Assembly: GCA_963777955.1 (NCBI GenBank)
Contig: CAVZSQ010000022.1
Coordinates: 160,001-224,000, forward strand
DNA length: 64,000 nucleotides
Direction of reading: 5' to 3'
Source of the DNA: Calditrichia bacterium
GTDB taxonomy: Bacteria; Calditrichota; Calditrichia; JAJRVZ01
Below are positions 31,102-41,670 of the stretch, piece after piece. The position numbers were made by a program, and so were the translations under genes. Each line of letters opens with the position of its first letter. The first letter of the stretch is position 1. Under the pieces are notes generated by a model. The model saw only the letters and a list, made by a program, of their open reading frames with translations. It was not told where the DNA came from and searched no databases.

Positions 31102-31332
31102 GACAAAACCTCCTTATTTGGGTTGTCGTTCAATATTTGCATCAATAACGAAATTTAGACTAAATTTGTTTCAACTTACTGAAATATTATGCCAGGCTTG
31201 TGTTTCAAATCACTGGATTCCATATAAAAATTATAACATAATAGAGATAAACAACTTGTAGGAAGCTGAAATCTAAGACTAATAATATTAAGGTGATACA
31301 GGTTCAAAATGACGATATGGAAAGGAAGATTT

Positions 31333-31743
31333 ATGTCCGCGCAATTGATTCAGGCAGCCGGCGGAATTGTATATCGAGACCAGCAAAATAAAAGAAAAAT
31401 ATTTAGAATTCTTATCGTACACCGGCCAAAGTATGATGACTGGAGTTTACCGAAGGGAAAACTACTGGCCGGCGAATCATGGCAAGATGCAGCCAGGCGG
31501 GAAGTCAAAGAAGAGACCGGTTATTCGGTAAAGATTCATTCCTTTGCCGGACCGGTATTGTATACCGTGGGGGATATACCCAAACTGGTTTTATTCTGGA
31601 GAATGAAAATTCGTCGAGTTCAGAAATTTAAACCGACCAGCGAAGTGGATAAAATAAAGTGGGTGACCGTAAAACAAGCACTTAAGTTGTTATCATATGA
31701 ACTGGAAAAAGATCTGCTTATTGAGACTATGATTGATAAATAA
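31333..31743 (+). CDS. NUDIX hydrolase (Ap4A hydrolase/MutT1-like)
   Basis: HRPKYDDWSLPKG...AARREVKEETG Nudix box. Confidence 0.9.
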   Translation: MSAQLIQAAGGIVYRDQQNKRKIFRILIVHRPKYDDWSLPKGKLLAGESWQDAARREVKEETGYSVKIHSFAGPVLYTVGDIPKLVLFWRMKIRRVQKFKPTSEVDKIKWVTVKQALKLLSYELEKDLLIETMIDK

Positions 31744-31810
31744 TTTTATTCGATTTCCAATAATTGGATTTGATTGGAAAGATAAATAAATTAAAGCGTG
31801 AGGAGAGATA

Positions 31811-31895
31811 TTCTCTGTACACATACTTTGCGTTCTCCGCGTTTTAGTTTTTCTAACGCAAAGGATGCCGAGGAAAGCGCAAAGGTCGCAGAGAA
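31811..31895. repeat. Stand-alone copy of the GxxExxY-flank-type palindrome
   Basis: TTCTCTG...CTTTGCG...GCGTT / AACGCAAAGG...CGCAAAG...CGCAGAGAA. Confidence 0.65.
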
Positions 31896-31911
31896 AAATT
31901 TGGAAATCTGA

Positions 31912-32913
31912 ATGGAAGGGGAAAGGGAAGTGAAAAAGTCAAACATTGCTGAATTTATCCGCCATCATTACCGTCATTTTAATGCAGCTGCTGTGGTAGA
32001 TGCCGCGGAAGGATATAAGAAATTACTGGATGATGGCGGTGGTATGATGATCGTTATGGCCGGTGCAATGAGCACTGCCGAGATCGGGCTCTCCCTGGCA
32101 GAGATGATCCGCCGTGATAAGGTTCAGGCGATCAGTTGCACCGGGGCCAATTTAGAAGAAGATATTTTTAACCTGGTGGCCCGCAATCATTATGTGCGCA
32201 TTCCGGATTACCGCAACCTTAATCCTGCCGATGAGCAGGCTCTGCTGAACCGGCACCTGAACCGGGTTACCGATACCTGTATACCCGAGGAAGAAGCCAT
32301 CCGGCGCATTGAAGATGTTATTTTGCAGGAATGGGAAAAGGCGGATAAAAACAACCAGCAATATTTCCCGCATGAATACTTCTATAAACTGATCCAGAAT
32401 AAAAAACTGGAAAAACACTATCAGATCGATCCCAGGGACAGCTGGATGATCGCCGCCTGTGAAAAAAATCTGCCGATATTTGTTCCCGGCTGGGAAGATT
32501 CCACACTGGGAAATATATATGCTTCTCATTGTCTCCGTAAACATATCAGGAACGTCCATACGGTGCGTACAGGTATTGAATACATGATGAACCTGGCCGA
32601 CTGGTATCTGAAAACAACCGAACAACAACCGATCGGTTTCTTCCAGATCGGAGGCGGGATTGCCGGCGATTTCCCGATCTGCGTGGTGCCCATGCTGCGC
32701 CAGGATATGGAATTGGAATCAACCCCGCTGTGGGCTTATTTCTGTCAGATCAGTGATTCCACCACCAGTTACGGATCGTATTCCGGGGCAATTCCCAATG
32801 AAAAAATCACCTGGGAAAAATTAGGTGCCGATACTCCCCGTTTCATGATTGAATCGGATGCGACGATCGTGGCACCGTTGATTTTTGCCTTTATCCTGGA
32901 AACTACCGCTTGA
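31912..32913 (+). CDS. Deoxyhypusine synthase-like protein (possible homospermidine synthase)
   Basis: AGAMSTAE, CTGANLEED, NRVTDTCIPEEEA, IGGGIAGDF, SYSGAIPNEKITW. Confidence 0.9.
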   Translation: MEGEREVKKSNIAEFIRHHYRHFNAAAVVDAAEGYKKLLDDGGGMMIVMAGAMSTAEIGLSLAEMIRRDKVQAISCTGANLEEDIFNLVARNHYVRIPDYRNLNPADEQALLNRHLNRVTDTCIPEEEAIRRIEDVILQEWEKADKNNQQYFPHEYFYKLIQNKKLEKHYQIDPRDSWMIAACEKNLPIFVPGWEDSTLGNIYASHCLRKHIRNVHTVRTGIEYMMNLADWYLKTTEQQPIGFFQIGGGIAGDFPICVVPMLRQDMELESTPLWAYFCQISDSTTSYGSYSGAIPNEKITWEKLGADTPRFMIESDATIVAPLIFAFILETTA

Positions 32914-33040
32914 AAAAGCAGCATAAAATCCGGATTTATTTACACTTTTCTTCTATTTTGGCCTGGCGGCCATTATATTATAATGTAAGCAGCATATTTA
33001 ACGTTTAATCTATCACTTATTCAGAAAAGGGGGATGCAGG

Positions 33041-34246
33041 ATGAATAAACAAAACTGGAAACGCCGGGATTTTCTTAAAGCCGGACTGAGCGGACCGGCA
33101 GGATTATTACTTATTGATTCAGCCAGAGGACAGCAAATTAAAAAGGATGAAAAACCTGGCGGCGGCAATAAACTTGTCTATCGCACCATGGGCAAAACGG
33201 GTTTGCGAGTGCCGGTAGTCAGTATGGGAGTGATGAATGCCGATAATCCGGAGCTGGTGGATGCTGCCTTAAAGGCCGGGATCACTTTGCTGGATACAGC
33301 CCATGGGTACCAGCGGGGCCGTAATGAAGAAATGATCGGTGAAATTATAAAAAAATACAAGCGTGATTCTTATGTGCTGGAAACAAAAATTAAACCCGAC
33401 CAGTCCGATCCCGCCAGGGAACAGCAAATCATCCAGGAGATGATGGGGAAATTGGATACCAGTTTAAAACGCCTGCAATTAAACTACGTCGATATTCTGT
33501 TATTACATGCGGTAAACAGCAAAGAAGATGTCATGTTCGAACCCTATATCCGGGCAATGGAAAAAGCTAAAAAGGAAGGTAAAACCAAATGGGTCGGAGT
33601 ATCCACGCATAGCAATGAACCGGAAGTATTAAATGCCGTGGTCGATGGGAAATTTTATGATGTGGTTTTGACTTCCTATAATTTCAAGCAGGATCATCAG
33701 CAGGAAGTGAAAAAAGCGATCGCCCGGGCAGCGGCTGCCGGCATCGGCATCATAGCTATGAAAACCATGGCCGGTGGATTTTTGGATAAATTGCGGTTCA
33801 AGAAAGTCAATACCCAGGCTGCGCTTAAGTGGGTTTTACAGGATGAAAATGTTCATACCACCATCCCGGGAATGACCAGTTTTGATCAACTGGAATCCAA
33901 TCTGGCGGTTATGGCGGATTTGAGTCTGAGTGAAACCGAGAAACATGACCTGGAACTGGGTAAATTAATGGACGGTTTATATTGCCAGGGCTGCCGGAAA
34001 TGTGAAAAGCAATGTCCCCAGCAGTTACCTGTACCGGAACTGATGCGTGCCTATATGTATGCCTATGGTTACAGGAATTATACTCTGGCTCATGATCTGA
34101 TATCTGCTTTGCATCTGCAACTGAGTACAAAGTCGTGCACAGATTGCCAGCAATGCAGCGTTCAGTGCGCCAAGGGATTCGCAGTGGCCGAGAAAATACA
34201 GGATATCATCCGTCTGCAATCGGTACCGGCTGAATTCTTATCATAA
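33041..34246 (+). CDS. Aldo/keto reductase with Tat-like leader and C-terminal Fe-S motifs
   Basis: KRRDFLK; RTMGKTG, DTAHGY, AMKT; CQGCRKCEKQCP and CTDCQQCSVQC. Confidence 0.9.
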   Translation: MNKQNWKRRDFLKAGLSGPAGLLLIDSARGQQIKKDEKPGGGNKLVYRTMGKTGLRVPVVSMGVMNADNPELVDAALKAGITLLDTAHGYQRGRNEEMIGEIIKKYKRDSYVLETKIKPDQSDPAREQQIIQEMMGKLDTSLKRLQLNYVDILLLHAVNSKEDVMFEPYIRAMEKAKKEGKTKWVGVSTHSNEPEVLNAVVDGKFYDVVLTSYNFKQDHQQEVKKAIARAAAAGIGIIAMKTMAGGFLDKLRFKKVNTQAALKWVLQDENVHTTIPGMTSFDQLESNLAVMADLSLSETEKHDLELGKLMDGLYCQGCRKCEKQCPQQLPVPELMRAYMYAYGYRNYTLAHDLISALHLQLSTKSCTDCQQCSVQCAKGFAVAEKIQDIIRLQSVPAEFLS

Positions 34247-34265
34247 GTTTAAGGATTTTTTTATC

Positions 34266-36893
34266 ATGCTGAAAAGCCCTAAAAAGGTTATAACCCTGGT
34301 TTGTGCAATTCTCGTCCTGCCTGGTCTAGCTGGCATTTCTGCCCGGGCTGCTGAATCCGCCAGTCTTTTTCCGGTGCTGACCGGCTGGGCACAACAGGGA
34401 GAAATTCAGATATACAGAGCAGATAATCTGTATGAATATATCAATGGTGCCGCAGATCTTTATTTGACTTATGATTTTCAGGAACTCCAGGTTGCCGAAT
34501 ATCAAAACGCTCAAAGTGCTGCGGTAGTGATCGAGATATACAGGTTTAATACAGCAGACCAGGCCTTTGGAATGTACAGCCAGGAAAGACCGGGACAGTG
34601 GGAATACCTTCACATTGGAGCACAGGGATACCAGGAAGGTCCTATGCTTAATTTTATCAGCACTAATTATTATATTAAAATCAGCGGCAGCGATATCCCG
34701 GATTCTGCCACTAATGTGATAAAACTGATAGCCATAAAGACGGCAGAGCAACTCGGCGGAAATCCAGGATTGCCATTGGAACTGAAATGTTTCCCGGCTG
34801 CAGATCTGCGGCCTTACTCCGAAAAATTCATTAACCGTAATTTCCTGGGTTATCAGTTTCTGCATGCCGGGTTTCTTGCTGACTACGGAATTGCGGATCG
34901 TGCCTATAAATTGTTTATCATTAAGGGACAGGATAAAAAAGATTGCGCCGGAATGGTGCAGGAACTGCGGAAAAAAAGTACCGGTCAAATAGTTCCAGTC
35001 GCTGAAGGGGATTACCTGTTTATGGATCCTTACCTGGGGACGCTGCTGTTAACCTGGCGGGAATCTTACATCTGGGGAGTCATTGGATTGCAGGATGTAA
35101 TTACCCGTAATCTGCAGTTAGCAGCCCTGGGCAACAATATTCAACGGCTGCTGCAAACTTCTGCGCCGGTGCTGCGGCAGGGGGTGGAAATAGGTATTAC
35201 TTTTCCTGCCGACCGGGATACGATTGAAACAGCGCAGATTCGTCTGGCAGCATGGGTTTCCGATACTTCTGCCAAAGTTACTCTCGATAATAAAGTATTA
35301 GCGGTCTATTCCAGCGGAGCAATTGTATCATTATTGGATCTCCGGCCAGGCTGGAATAAATTTCTGTTGACCGCCCGGCTGGATTCCATTACAGTTACTG
35401 ACACACTACAATTATATCGGAGTCCGCCGATACCCGCTCTGGCGGAAATTCCGACCGCTTTTTCCCCGAATTTTTTTATGCCTGCCGATGACCCCGTTTT
35501 TTATGCTCCGGATCAAATCACCGTTCAATTTATGGGCAGTCCCGGGGGATCAGCCAGTTTTAAAATTAATGATCTGATTGACGATCCCCTGCCGATGGTT
35601 GAACTGGATCCTGATGAAAGTAACGGCATCAAAGGCCTGTATCGCGGGATCTATCTGATCCAACCGGGAAAACGCTGCGAGCAGGAACCGCTGACCTTTT
35701 ATTTGCGGGGAAAAGATAATAAACGGAAGAAATGGAAAACCGAACGCCTGATAACGGTTTTTCAAACCGGCCAGCCTTACCAGGTGGAAACTGTGGATGA
35801 AAGCAACCTGGTATATTATCAGCCGGACAGTGAAATATTTATGGAGTTACCCCCGGAAATCCGGCTGGAACTGAGCGCCGCTTATGGGCGCTGGTCAAAA
35901 GTAAGAATCGGTTCAGCGCGTTACGGCTACATCCGTTCTTCCTCTTTAAAAAAAATAGGTTATGGAGCGGATCTGCTCCAGGCCCGTTGCCACGGATTCA
36001 GAGCACGAATTAACAATGACTGGTTGACCTGCACGTTTGCCATGTCCCGGAAAGTACCATTCCAACTCAGACAGAGTCTGTCGCCGCAATCCCTGGAATT
36101 GACTTTCTACAATACAAATATGCAGGATGAATGGAGTATAATGCCGGAGAATGATAATCTGAATAATCCGGACAGCAGTTTTCTTAAAAATTTTGAGTGG
36201 CAGCAAACGGCCGATGGCGCCCTGCAATTCAGGTTCTTTTTAAATACCCGGCAACAGTGGGGATTCCGGGGCGGGTATGACGGTGAATCCTTTAAACTTA
36301 TGATCCGGCGGCCGCCGGTGATCAGTCCGGACAATCCCTTCAAAAATCTGATTATCGCCCTGGATGCCGGTCATGGCGGGGAACAATCGGGTGCAGTGGG
36401 TGCTACCGGATATACGGAGAAAGAAGCAAATCTGATCTACGCTGAATTTTTAGCGCAAATACTTTCACAGGCCGGTGCCAGGGTGATTCTGACCCGTTCG
36501 GCTGATACCACGCTTACTCTTAAAACCCGGGCTGACCTGGCCCGTCAGAATAATGCTCATCTGCTGATCTGGCTGCATAACAATTCAACCGGCGCCAGTC
36601 GCGATCCACTGGCCGCCCGGGGCACCAGTACATATTATACCCAGCAGCAGGGACAAACTATTGCCCAGTACGTATATCCGGAGTTGCTGAAACTGGGACT
36701 GGCCCCGCAAGGCCGGGTACATCGGTCATATTTTATGACCCGTCAAAGTGATATGATTGTTTTTTTAGTGGAGGGGGCATTTTTATCCCACCCTCAGGAT
36801 GAAATCTTTTTGCTGCATAAGGATAATTTAAAGAATCTGGCCACAGCGGTGTTCCGGGGCCTGCAGAAATTTCTTAACACCCTTGTTGAATAA
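34266..36893 (+). CDS. Secreted fusion: DUF6599-like N-terminal domain + N-acetylmuramoyl-L-alanine amidase (Amidase_3)
   Basis: NLYEYINGAADLY...AFGMYSQER; C-terminal LDAGHGG, EKEAN, WLHNN, VEGAF. Confidence 0.8.
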   Translation: MLKSPKKVITLVCAILVLPGLAGISARAAESASLFPVLTGWAQQGEIQIYRADNLYEYINGAADLYLTYDFQELQVAEYQNAQSAAVVIEIYRFNTADQAFGMYSQERPGQWEYLHIGAQGYQEGPMLNFISTNYYIKISGSDIPDSATNVIKLIAIKTAEQLGGNPGLPLELKCFPAADLRPYSEKFINRNFLGYQFLHAGFLADYGIADRAYKLFIIKGQDKKDCAGMVQELRKKSTGQIVPVAEGDYLFMDPYLGTLLLTWRESYIWGVIGLQDVITRNLQLAALGNNIQRLLQTSAPVLRQGVEIGITFPADRDTIETAQIRLAAWVSDTSAKVTLDNKVLAVYSSGAIVSLLDLRPGWNKFLLTARLDSITVTDTLQLYRSPPIPALAEIPTAFSPNFFMPADDPVFYAPDQITVQFMGSPGGSASFKINDLIDDPLPMVELDPDESNGIKGLYRGIYLIQPGKRCEQEPLTFYLRGKDNKRKKWKTERLITVFQTGQPYQVETVDESNLVYYQPDSEIFMELPPEIRLELSAAYGRWSKVRIGSARYGYIRSSSLKKIGYGADLLQARCHGFRARINNDWLTCTFAMSRKVPFQLRQSLSPQSLELTFYNTNMQDEWSIMPENDNLNNPDSSFLKNFEWQQTADGALQFRFFLNTRQQWGFRGGYDGESFKLMIRRPPVISPDNPFKNLIIALDAGHGGEQSGAVGATGYTEKEANLIYAEFLAQILSQAGARVILTRSADTTLTLKTRADLARQNNAHLLIWLHNNSTGASRDPLAARGTSTYYTQQQGQTIAQYVYPELLKLGLAPQGRVHRSYFMTRQSDMIVFLVEGAFLSHPQDEIFLLHKDNLKNLATAVFRGLQKFLNTLVE

Positions 36894-37058
36894 TTTATTT
36901 TATTCACTTCTCAATTCTGATCCCTGTTTGCAACCCGGCGAACGCACCTGTATAATGGATTGATTTTATTATACTACTTTCCTTATATTGGTTCGAACTA
37001 AATCGGTAAATAGAAGTATGATAAAATATATTATTTTTAACAATTGAAAGGAGAAATG

Positions 37059-37796
37059 ATGGTTAGAAGGATGTTGTTGATTTGCCCGTTTATTTTTGCG
37101 CTTATACTGGTTGGCGGTGGTGGAGCACCTGCCGCCGCTCAGGTACATAATCCGGCTGAAATAAGCAGTGATGTGCCGCAATTAACTGATTTTCATGAAG
37201 TGATTTATCAAATCTGGCATGAAGCCTGGCCGCAAAAAAATACAGAAATGTTAAAAGGTTTGATTCCGGAAATTGATAGCGGATACAGCAAGTTAAGCAA
37301 GGCCAAATTATCGCCCCTGCTGCATGAGAAGCAGAGTAAGTGGACCGAGGGGATTTCAGGTATGGCTGAGATCATTGCCCAGTATAAATCAGCAGCAGCC
37401 GCTGCTGACGCCGAAGGCCTGCTTAAAGCAGCAGAAAAACTGCATAGCCAGTACGAAGTTCTGGTACGCACCATCCGCCCGGTGCTGAAGGAGATGGACA
37501 TTTTTCATCAGGAACTGTATTTGTTATATCATTATTATATTCTGGAATATAATAATGATACGATAGCGGCTTCTGCGGAAAAACTGGCAGTCAGGATGGC
37601 AGCCTTGAATCAGGCGGAACTACCGAAGAGACATAAAACAAAAGTCGAACAATTTAATAAATCGCGCCAGGAATTATCCACGGCAGTCGATAAACTCAAT
37701 CAGGCCATCAAAGATAAAGCAGAAAAGGAAGCGGTTCTGGCCGCAGTGGAGGTTGTGCATACCGATTATCAGAAGTTAACCGCGGTGTTTGAATAA
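37059..37796 (+). CDS. Secreted helical protein with two ~100-aa His-containing repeats
   Basis: Signal peptide; FH-x7-H ... H-x2-Y pattern occurs twice. Confidence 0.8.
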   Translation: MVRRMLLICPFIFALILVGGGGAPAAAQVHNPAEISSDVPQLTDFHEVIYQIWHEAWPQKNTEMLKGLIPEIDSGYSKLSKAKLSPLLHEKQSKWTEGISGMAEIIAQYKSAAAAADAEGLLKAAEKLHSQYEVLVRTIRPVLKEMDIFHQELYLLYHYYILEYNNDTIAASAEKLAVRMAALNQAELPKRHKTKVEQFNKSRQELSTAVDKLNQAIKDKAEKEAVLAAVEVVHTDYQKLTAVFE

Positions 37797-37840
37797 ACAC
37801 GGGACAAAGAGACGAAGAGTCACAGGGACAAAGGCAGAGA
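37797..37840 (+). repeat. Degenerate 8-nt tandem repeat after a stop codon
   Basis: GGGACAAA GAGACGAA GAGTCACA GGGACAAA. Confidence 0.45.
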
Positions 37841-37903
37841 ATCACCTTAAGGTATGCAGGATCCGAAGGATGGCTGTAAACATAACATAATTATGTAAGT
37901 CTC

Positions 37904-39588
37904 ATGAAAAAATTATCAGGAAACTCATCAGTTATTATTTATGGATTAAGATATTTATACTTTTAACATCTTATGTCTTTATCTTGTCTGCCCAGACGGT
38001 CGTTTTTGATTCTTCCAGCATACCCATCGTGGTAATTGATACTCATGGTCAGACTATTGTCAGTGCCAGTAAGATTATTGCCGACATGGGTATTATTGAT
38101 AATGGCGCAGGGGAGTGGAATCATCTGTCCGATCCCTGGAATGACTATAATGGTAAAATCGGCATCGAAATCCGCGGCTCCAGTTCCCAGCAGTTTCCTA
38201 AAAAGCAGTACGCCGTGGAAACACGCGATTCACTGGGCAATGACCTCAATGCCTCACTGCTGGACATGCCCCGGGAAAGCGACTGGATCTTGTATGCTGT
38301 TTATAACGATAAAACGTTGCTGCGTGATGTACTGGCTTTCAAACTGTCGAATGAGCTGGGCATGTACGGCAGCCGCAGCCGTTACTGTGAGTTGGTACTG
38401 AACGGCAATTACTGCGGAGTTTATATTTTATTGGAAAAAATTAAAAGAGATAGAAACCGGGTGGACATCGCTACCCTGGATCTGGATGATGTCAGCGGCG
38501 ATTCGCTGACCGGCGGGTATATAATTAAAATAGATAAATGGGACGGTGAGGTGAATGCCGGCTGGCCGTCCGATTACCGTTCGGTTACCGGTTCAACAAT
38601 TTATTATCAGTATCATTATCCCAAGCCTACCGATATTCAAACTGCCCAAAAAGATTATATTCAGCAATATATCGATACCGTGGAAACAGTACTGGCCGGA
38701 GCGCAATGGAACGATCCGCAGAACGGCTACCGGAGATATTTGAATGTCGAATCTTTTGTGGACTATTTTCTGCAAATTGAACTGGCCAAAAATGTGGATG
38801 GCTTCCGCTTAAGTGCTTTTCTGTATAAAGACCGCAACGATAACGATCCCCTGCTGACTATGGGACCAATCTGGGATTTTACCATAGCCTACGGCAATGC
38901 CGATTATTATGGCTGCCAGAACAGCGACGGCTGGTGGATTGATGATTTTGAACAAATCGGCAGCGGTGATTACAGCCAGATCCCGTTCTATTGGAAAAAA
39001 CTGCGCGGTGATCCTTATTTTGCCAGCAGGGTCAAATGCCGCTGGCTGGAATTAAGAGATACCTATTTTAGCGTTGACCGCATTCATAATTATATCGACA
39101 GTTTAGCTGCTGTACTGGAAGAACCCCAGCAACGCAATTTCCAGAAATGGCCAATCCTGAGCAATTACCCTTATATCTGGCCTTGTCCGCAGGTGGCTGA
39201 CCAGACTTATCCTGGGCATGTAGCCTATCTCAAGACCTGGATCCAGGACCGCATCGCCTGGCTGGATCAAAACATGATCGGGGATTGCAGTCTGGAAGTT
39301 GAAACTGGTGACACAAACAGTCCCGGGCAGTTTCAACTGTATCAGAACTATCCCAATCCATTTAATGCCACCACAACAATTAGCTTCAATTTAGCAACGG
39401 CTGGTGATGTCAGCATCGGTATTTATGATCTGGCCGGACGGGAGGTCTTGACTCTACTGGCCGGTGAAATGGCAGCGGGGGATCACACGGTACGCTATAG
39501 CGCAAATGGACTGTCATCAGGCGTATATCTGTATCAAATGAAAAGCGCAGGATTTAGTCAAGTTAAAAAGATGATATTAATTAAATAA
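37904..39588 (+). CDS. cotH: CotH kinase family protein with T9SS-type C-terminal domain; frameshift in A run at ~37910
   Basis: IRGSSS, PKKQY, DKTLLR, GVYILLEKI, GPIWDF; YPNPFN CTD; adding one A restores signal peptide MKKIIRKLISYY... Confidence 0.85.
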
Positions 39589-39741
39589 TAAGCTATTTTT
39601 ATTTTACACTGTTTTATATCAAGAATTTCTATCAGATAATTTAGAAATTTATTATTCATTTGCAGATTACCATCATCAAATATTACGGTGAACTAATTAT
39701 ATCACCGGGTCTTAAATATTCAACTAAATAGTGTATATTTT

Positions 39742-40758
39742 ATGAGAAGATATTTTTATCTAATAATTGTATTATTCTTCAATCATTGCACGACTCAAAA
39801 TTTCATACCTCATAAACCATTACACCGGGGTGATAATGAAATTAGCGTAGGATTTAATTATTCCTTTAATAAGATGTCATTTAATTCCATACAGTTGTCC
39901 GTGTTTTACGGAATTGATGATAGGAATGTAATCGGCACATCATTCAATAATTTTATCTTGCCGAATAATATTTCGTACGGACATTACTGGTCCGGTAATA
40001 ATTTATCTCATAGTCTGCAACTACATTTAAATGACATACTGGGTAGTAATTTCAATCCAGCTTATGAATTTGATTATGGTAGTTCTTATCATTATGCAGA
40101 ATATAGTCACAGTATTAAACTAGGTATCGGTTGTTTTGATCTGTCCTTATGGTATAAGGCACACGGTCTTAAATTAGCAAAAAGCAAAATCATTCCAGTA
40201 ATCGGGTACAGGTTTAGAAATAATTCATTTTATGGCGATTTTCAGTTATTGCACGGTATGAACGAATATTACATTCATTATTATAAGGATGACTATTTAA
40301 TCCGCCCCAGAAATCAGGTCAGTGAATACATAATAAAAGAAATCGGAACTAGTTATAAACACTCGGATATTGATACAGTAATTGTCGAGGATGAGAAATA
40401 TAAATTCGCATTTATTAATGGAAATACTTTGATCGTTGATATTCGTGATCCATATCCGGATTGTATTGGTTGTGGTGTAGTGCAAAATACGCATTCAGCA
40501 TATCCTGCTTCAGGTGATCATAAGGTTTATTGGATTTATTGGAAAAATCAGCAAGAGCGAGGGAGTCGTTATAACAATAAGTATTCACCGCTAATGCTGG
40601 AATTAAATATGGGTCAAATCATTGATAATTTTAATAGGGGTGCAGATTTAATATTAAAAGAGGATGATGATCTAGCTGATAAGTCGTTTTTAAGGGCTAA
40701 ATCATTATGGAACAATTTAATAATTTCAACAGGATATATTGAAAGAAACACCAAATAA
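39742..40758 (+). CDS. Hypothetical AT-rich protein, probably lipoprotein
   Basis: Long ORF; N-terminal FFNH-C; visibly lower GC than neighbours. Confidence 0.7.
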   Translation: MRRYFYLIIVLFFNHCTTQNFIPHKPLHRGDNEISVGFNYSFNKMSFNSIQLSVFYGIDDRNVIGTSFNNFILPNNISYGHYWSGNNLSHSLQLHLNDILGSNFNPAYEFDYGSSYHYAEYSHSIKLGIGCFDLSLWYKAHGLKLAKSKIIPVIGYRFRNNSFYGDFQLLHGMNEYYIHYYKDDYLIRPRNQVSEYIIKEIGTSYKHSDIDTVIVEDEKYKFAFINGNTLIVDIRDPYPDCIGCGVVQNTHSAYPASGDHKVYWIYWKNQQERGSRYNNKYSPLMLELNMGQIIDNFNRGADLILKEDDDLADKSFLRAKSLWNNLIISTGYIERNTK

Positions 40759-40773
40759 ATACTCTGTGGCAAA

Positions 40774-41670
40774 TTAACTTATGCCTCTAGAATATTCCCG
40801 CAGTTGCTGCGGCGACATACCCATGCGTCGTTTGAAAAATTTTGAAAAATAAAATTGGGAATCAAAACCGGTCATAATGGCTATCTCCTTGACGGGCAGC
40901 GAGGTGCTCACCAATAGATCTTTAGCTTTATTAAGTTTCAACTGCAAAAAATACTGAGCCGGTGCCAGGCTGGTATATTGACGGAACATCCGGCGGAACC
41001 AGGAATAGCCGACACCGAGTTCGAAGGCCAATTCCTCGAACTTGATCTTTCGATCAATACGGTCGGCCATCAGAATTCTTGACTTGTAGATGAGCGTCTC
41101 CATTTCTTTACCGATAAATTTCTTCGATTTTTCCACGCTGTGAACCAGGGCCATAATTTGATAGGTCAAAGCTGCAATAATTTCCTTGTAGCCGATCTTT
41201 TCACTCTCGATACGCTCCATGATTTGCTGGTATAGATTGATGATTTCTACATTCAAGCCGATGTCCAGAACGGCCCTTTCGGGTGAGAAAAGCCCGTGAT
41301 CCATGAATTTCTCGGGTTGCTGACCGTTAAAGGAGACCCAGTGTTCTTTCCAGCCGATTTTCCGTTCGGGCATGTACCGGTGCCAGATACCGGGAAAAAG
41401 CAGAATAATGTTGCCTTCCTCAACCTTTTTTTTGCCGCAGAGTTTGGACTCAAATATACCTTTTCCGCGGGTGATGTACAGGATCTGGAATTCGGGCAGA
41501 ATACGGCCATGCTGCCAGTCGAACATGTAAGTATCCGGGTGTTTGGTCGGCGGATAGTTGGTGTTTGGCGGTAAGTCCGCAGTTCCGCACCCCGTGACAT
41601 ACAGCCCCCAGAGTTTGTCGACCTCGGCAATAGTCAGGTATTTGAATACAGAGTAATCCGTCCGTATCAT
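40774..41670 (-). CDS. AraC-family transcriptional regulator
   Basis: Cupin N-domain (GRILPEFQILYITRGKG); SWFRRMFRQYT and GFDSQFYFSKFFK HTH. Confidence 0.95.
   Translation of the reverse strand: MIRTDYSVFKYLTIAEVDKLWGLYVTGCGTADLPPNTNYPPTKHPDTYMFDWQHGRILPEFQILYITRGKGIFESKLCGKKKVEEGNIILLFPGIWHRYMPERKIGWKEHWVSFNGQQPEKFMDHGLFSPERAVLDIGLNVEIINLYQQIMERIESEKIGYKEIIAALTYQIMALVHSVEKSKKFIGKEMETLIYKSRILMADRIDRKIKFEELAFELGVGYSWFRRMFRQYTSLAPAQYFLQLKLNKAKDLLVSTSLPVKEIAIMTGFDSQFYFSKFFKRRMGMSPQQLREYSRGIS

Noticed and set aside
31179..31194. Minus-strand TGGCAT-N5-TTCA upstream of the small ORF as a sigma54 promoter
   Set aside because: The -12 GC is absent; match too weak
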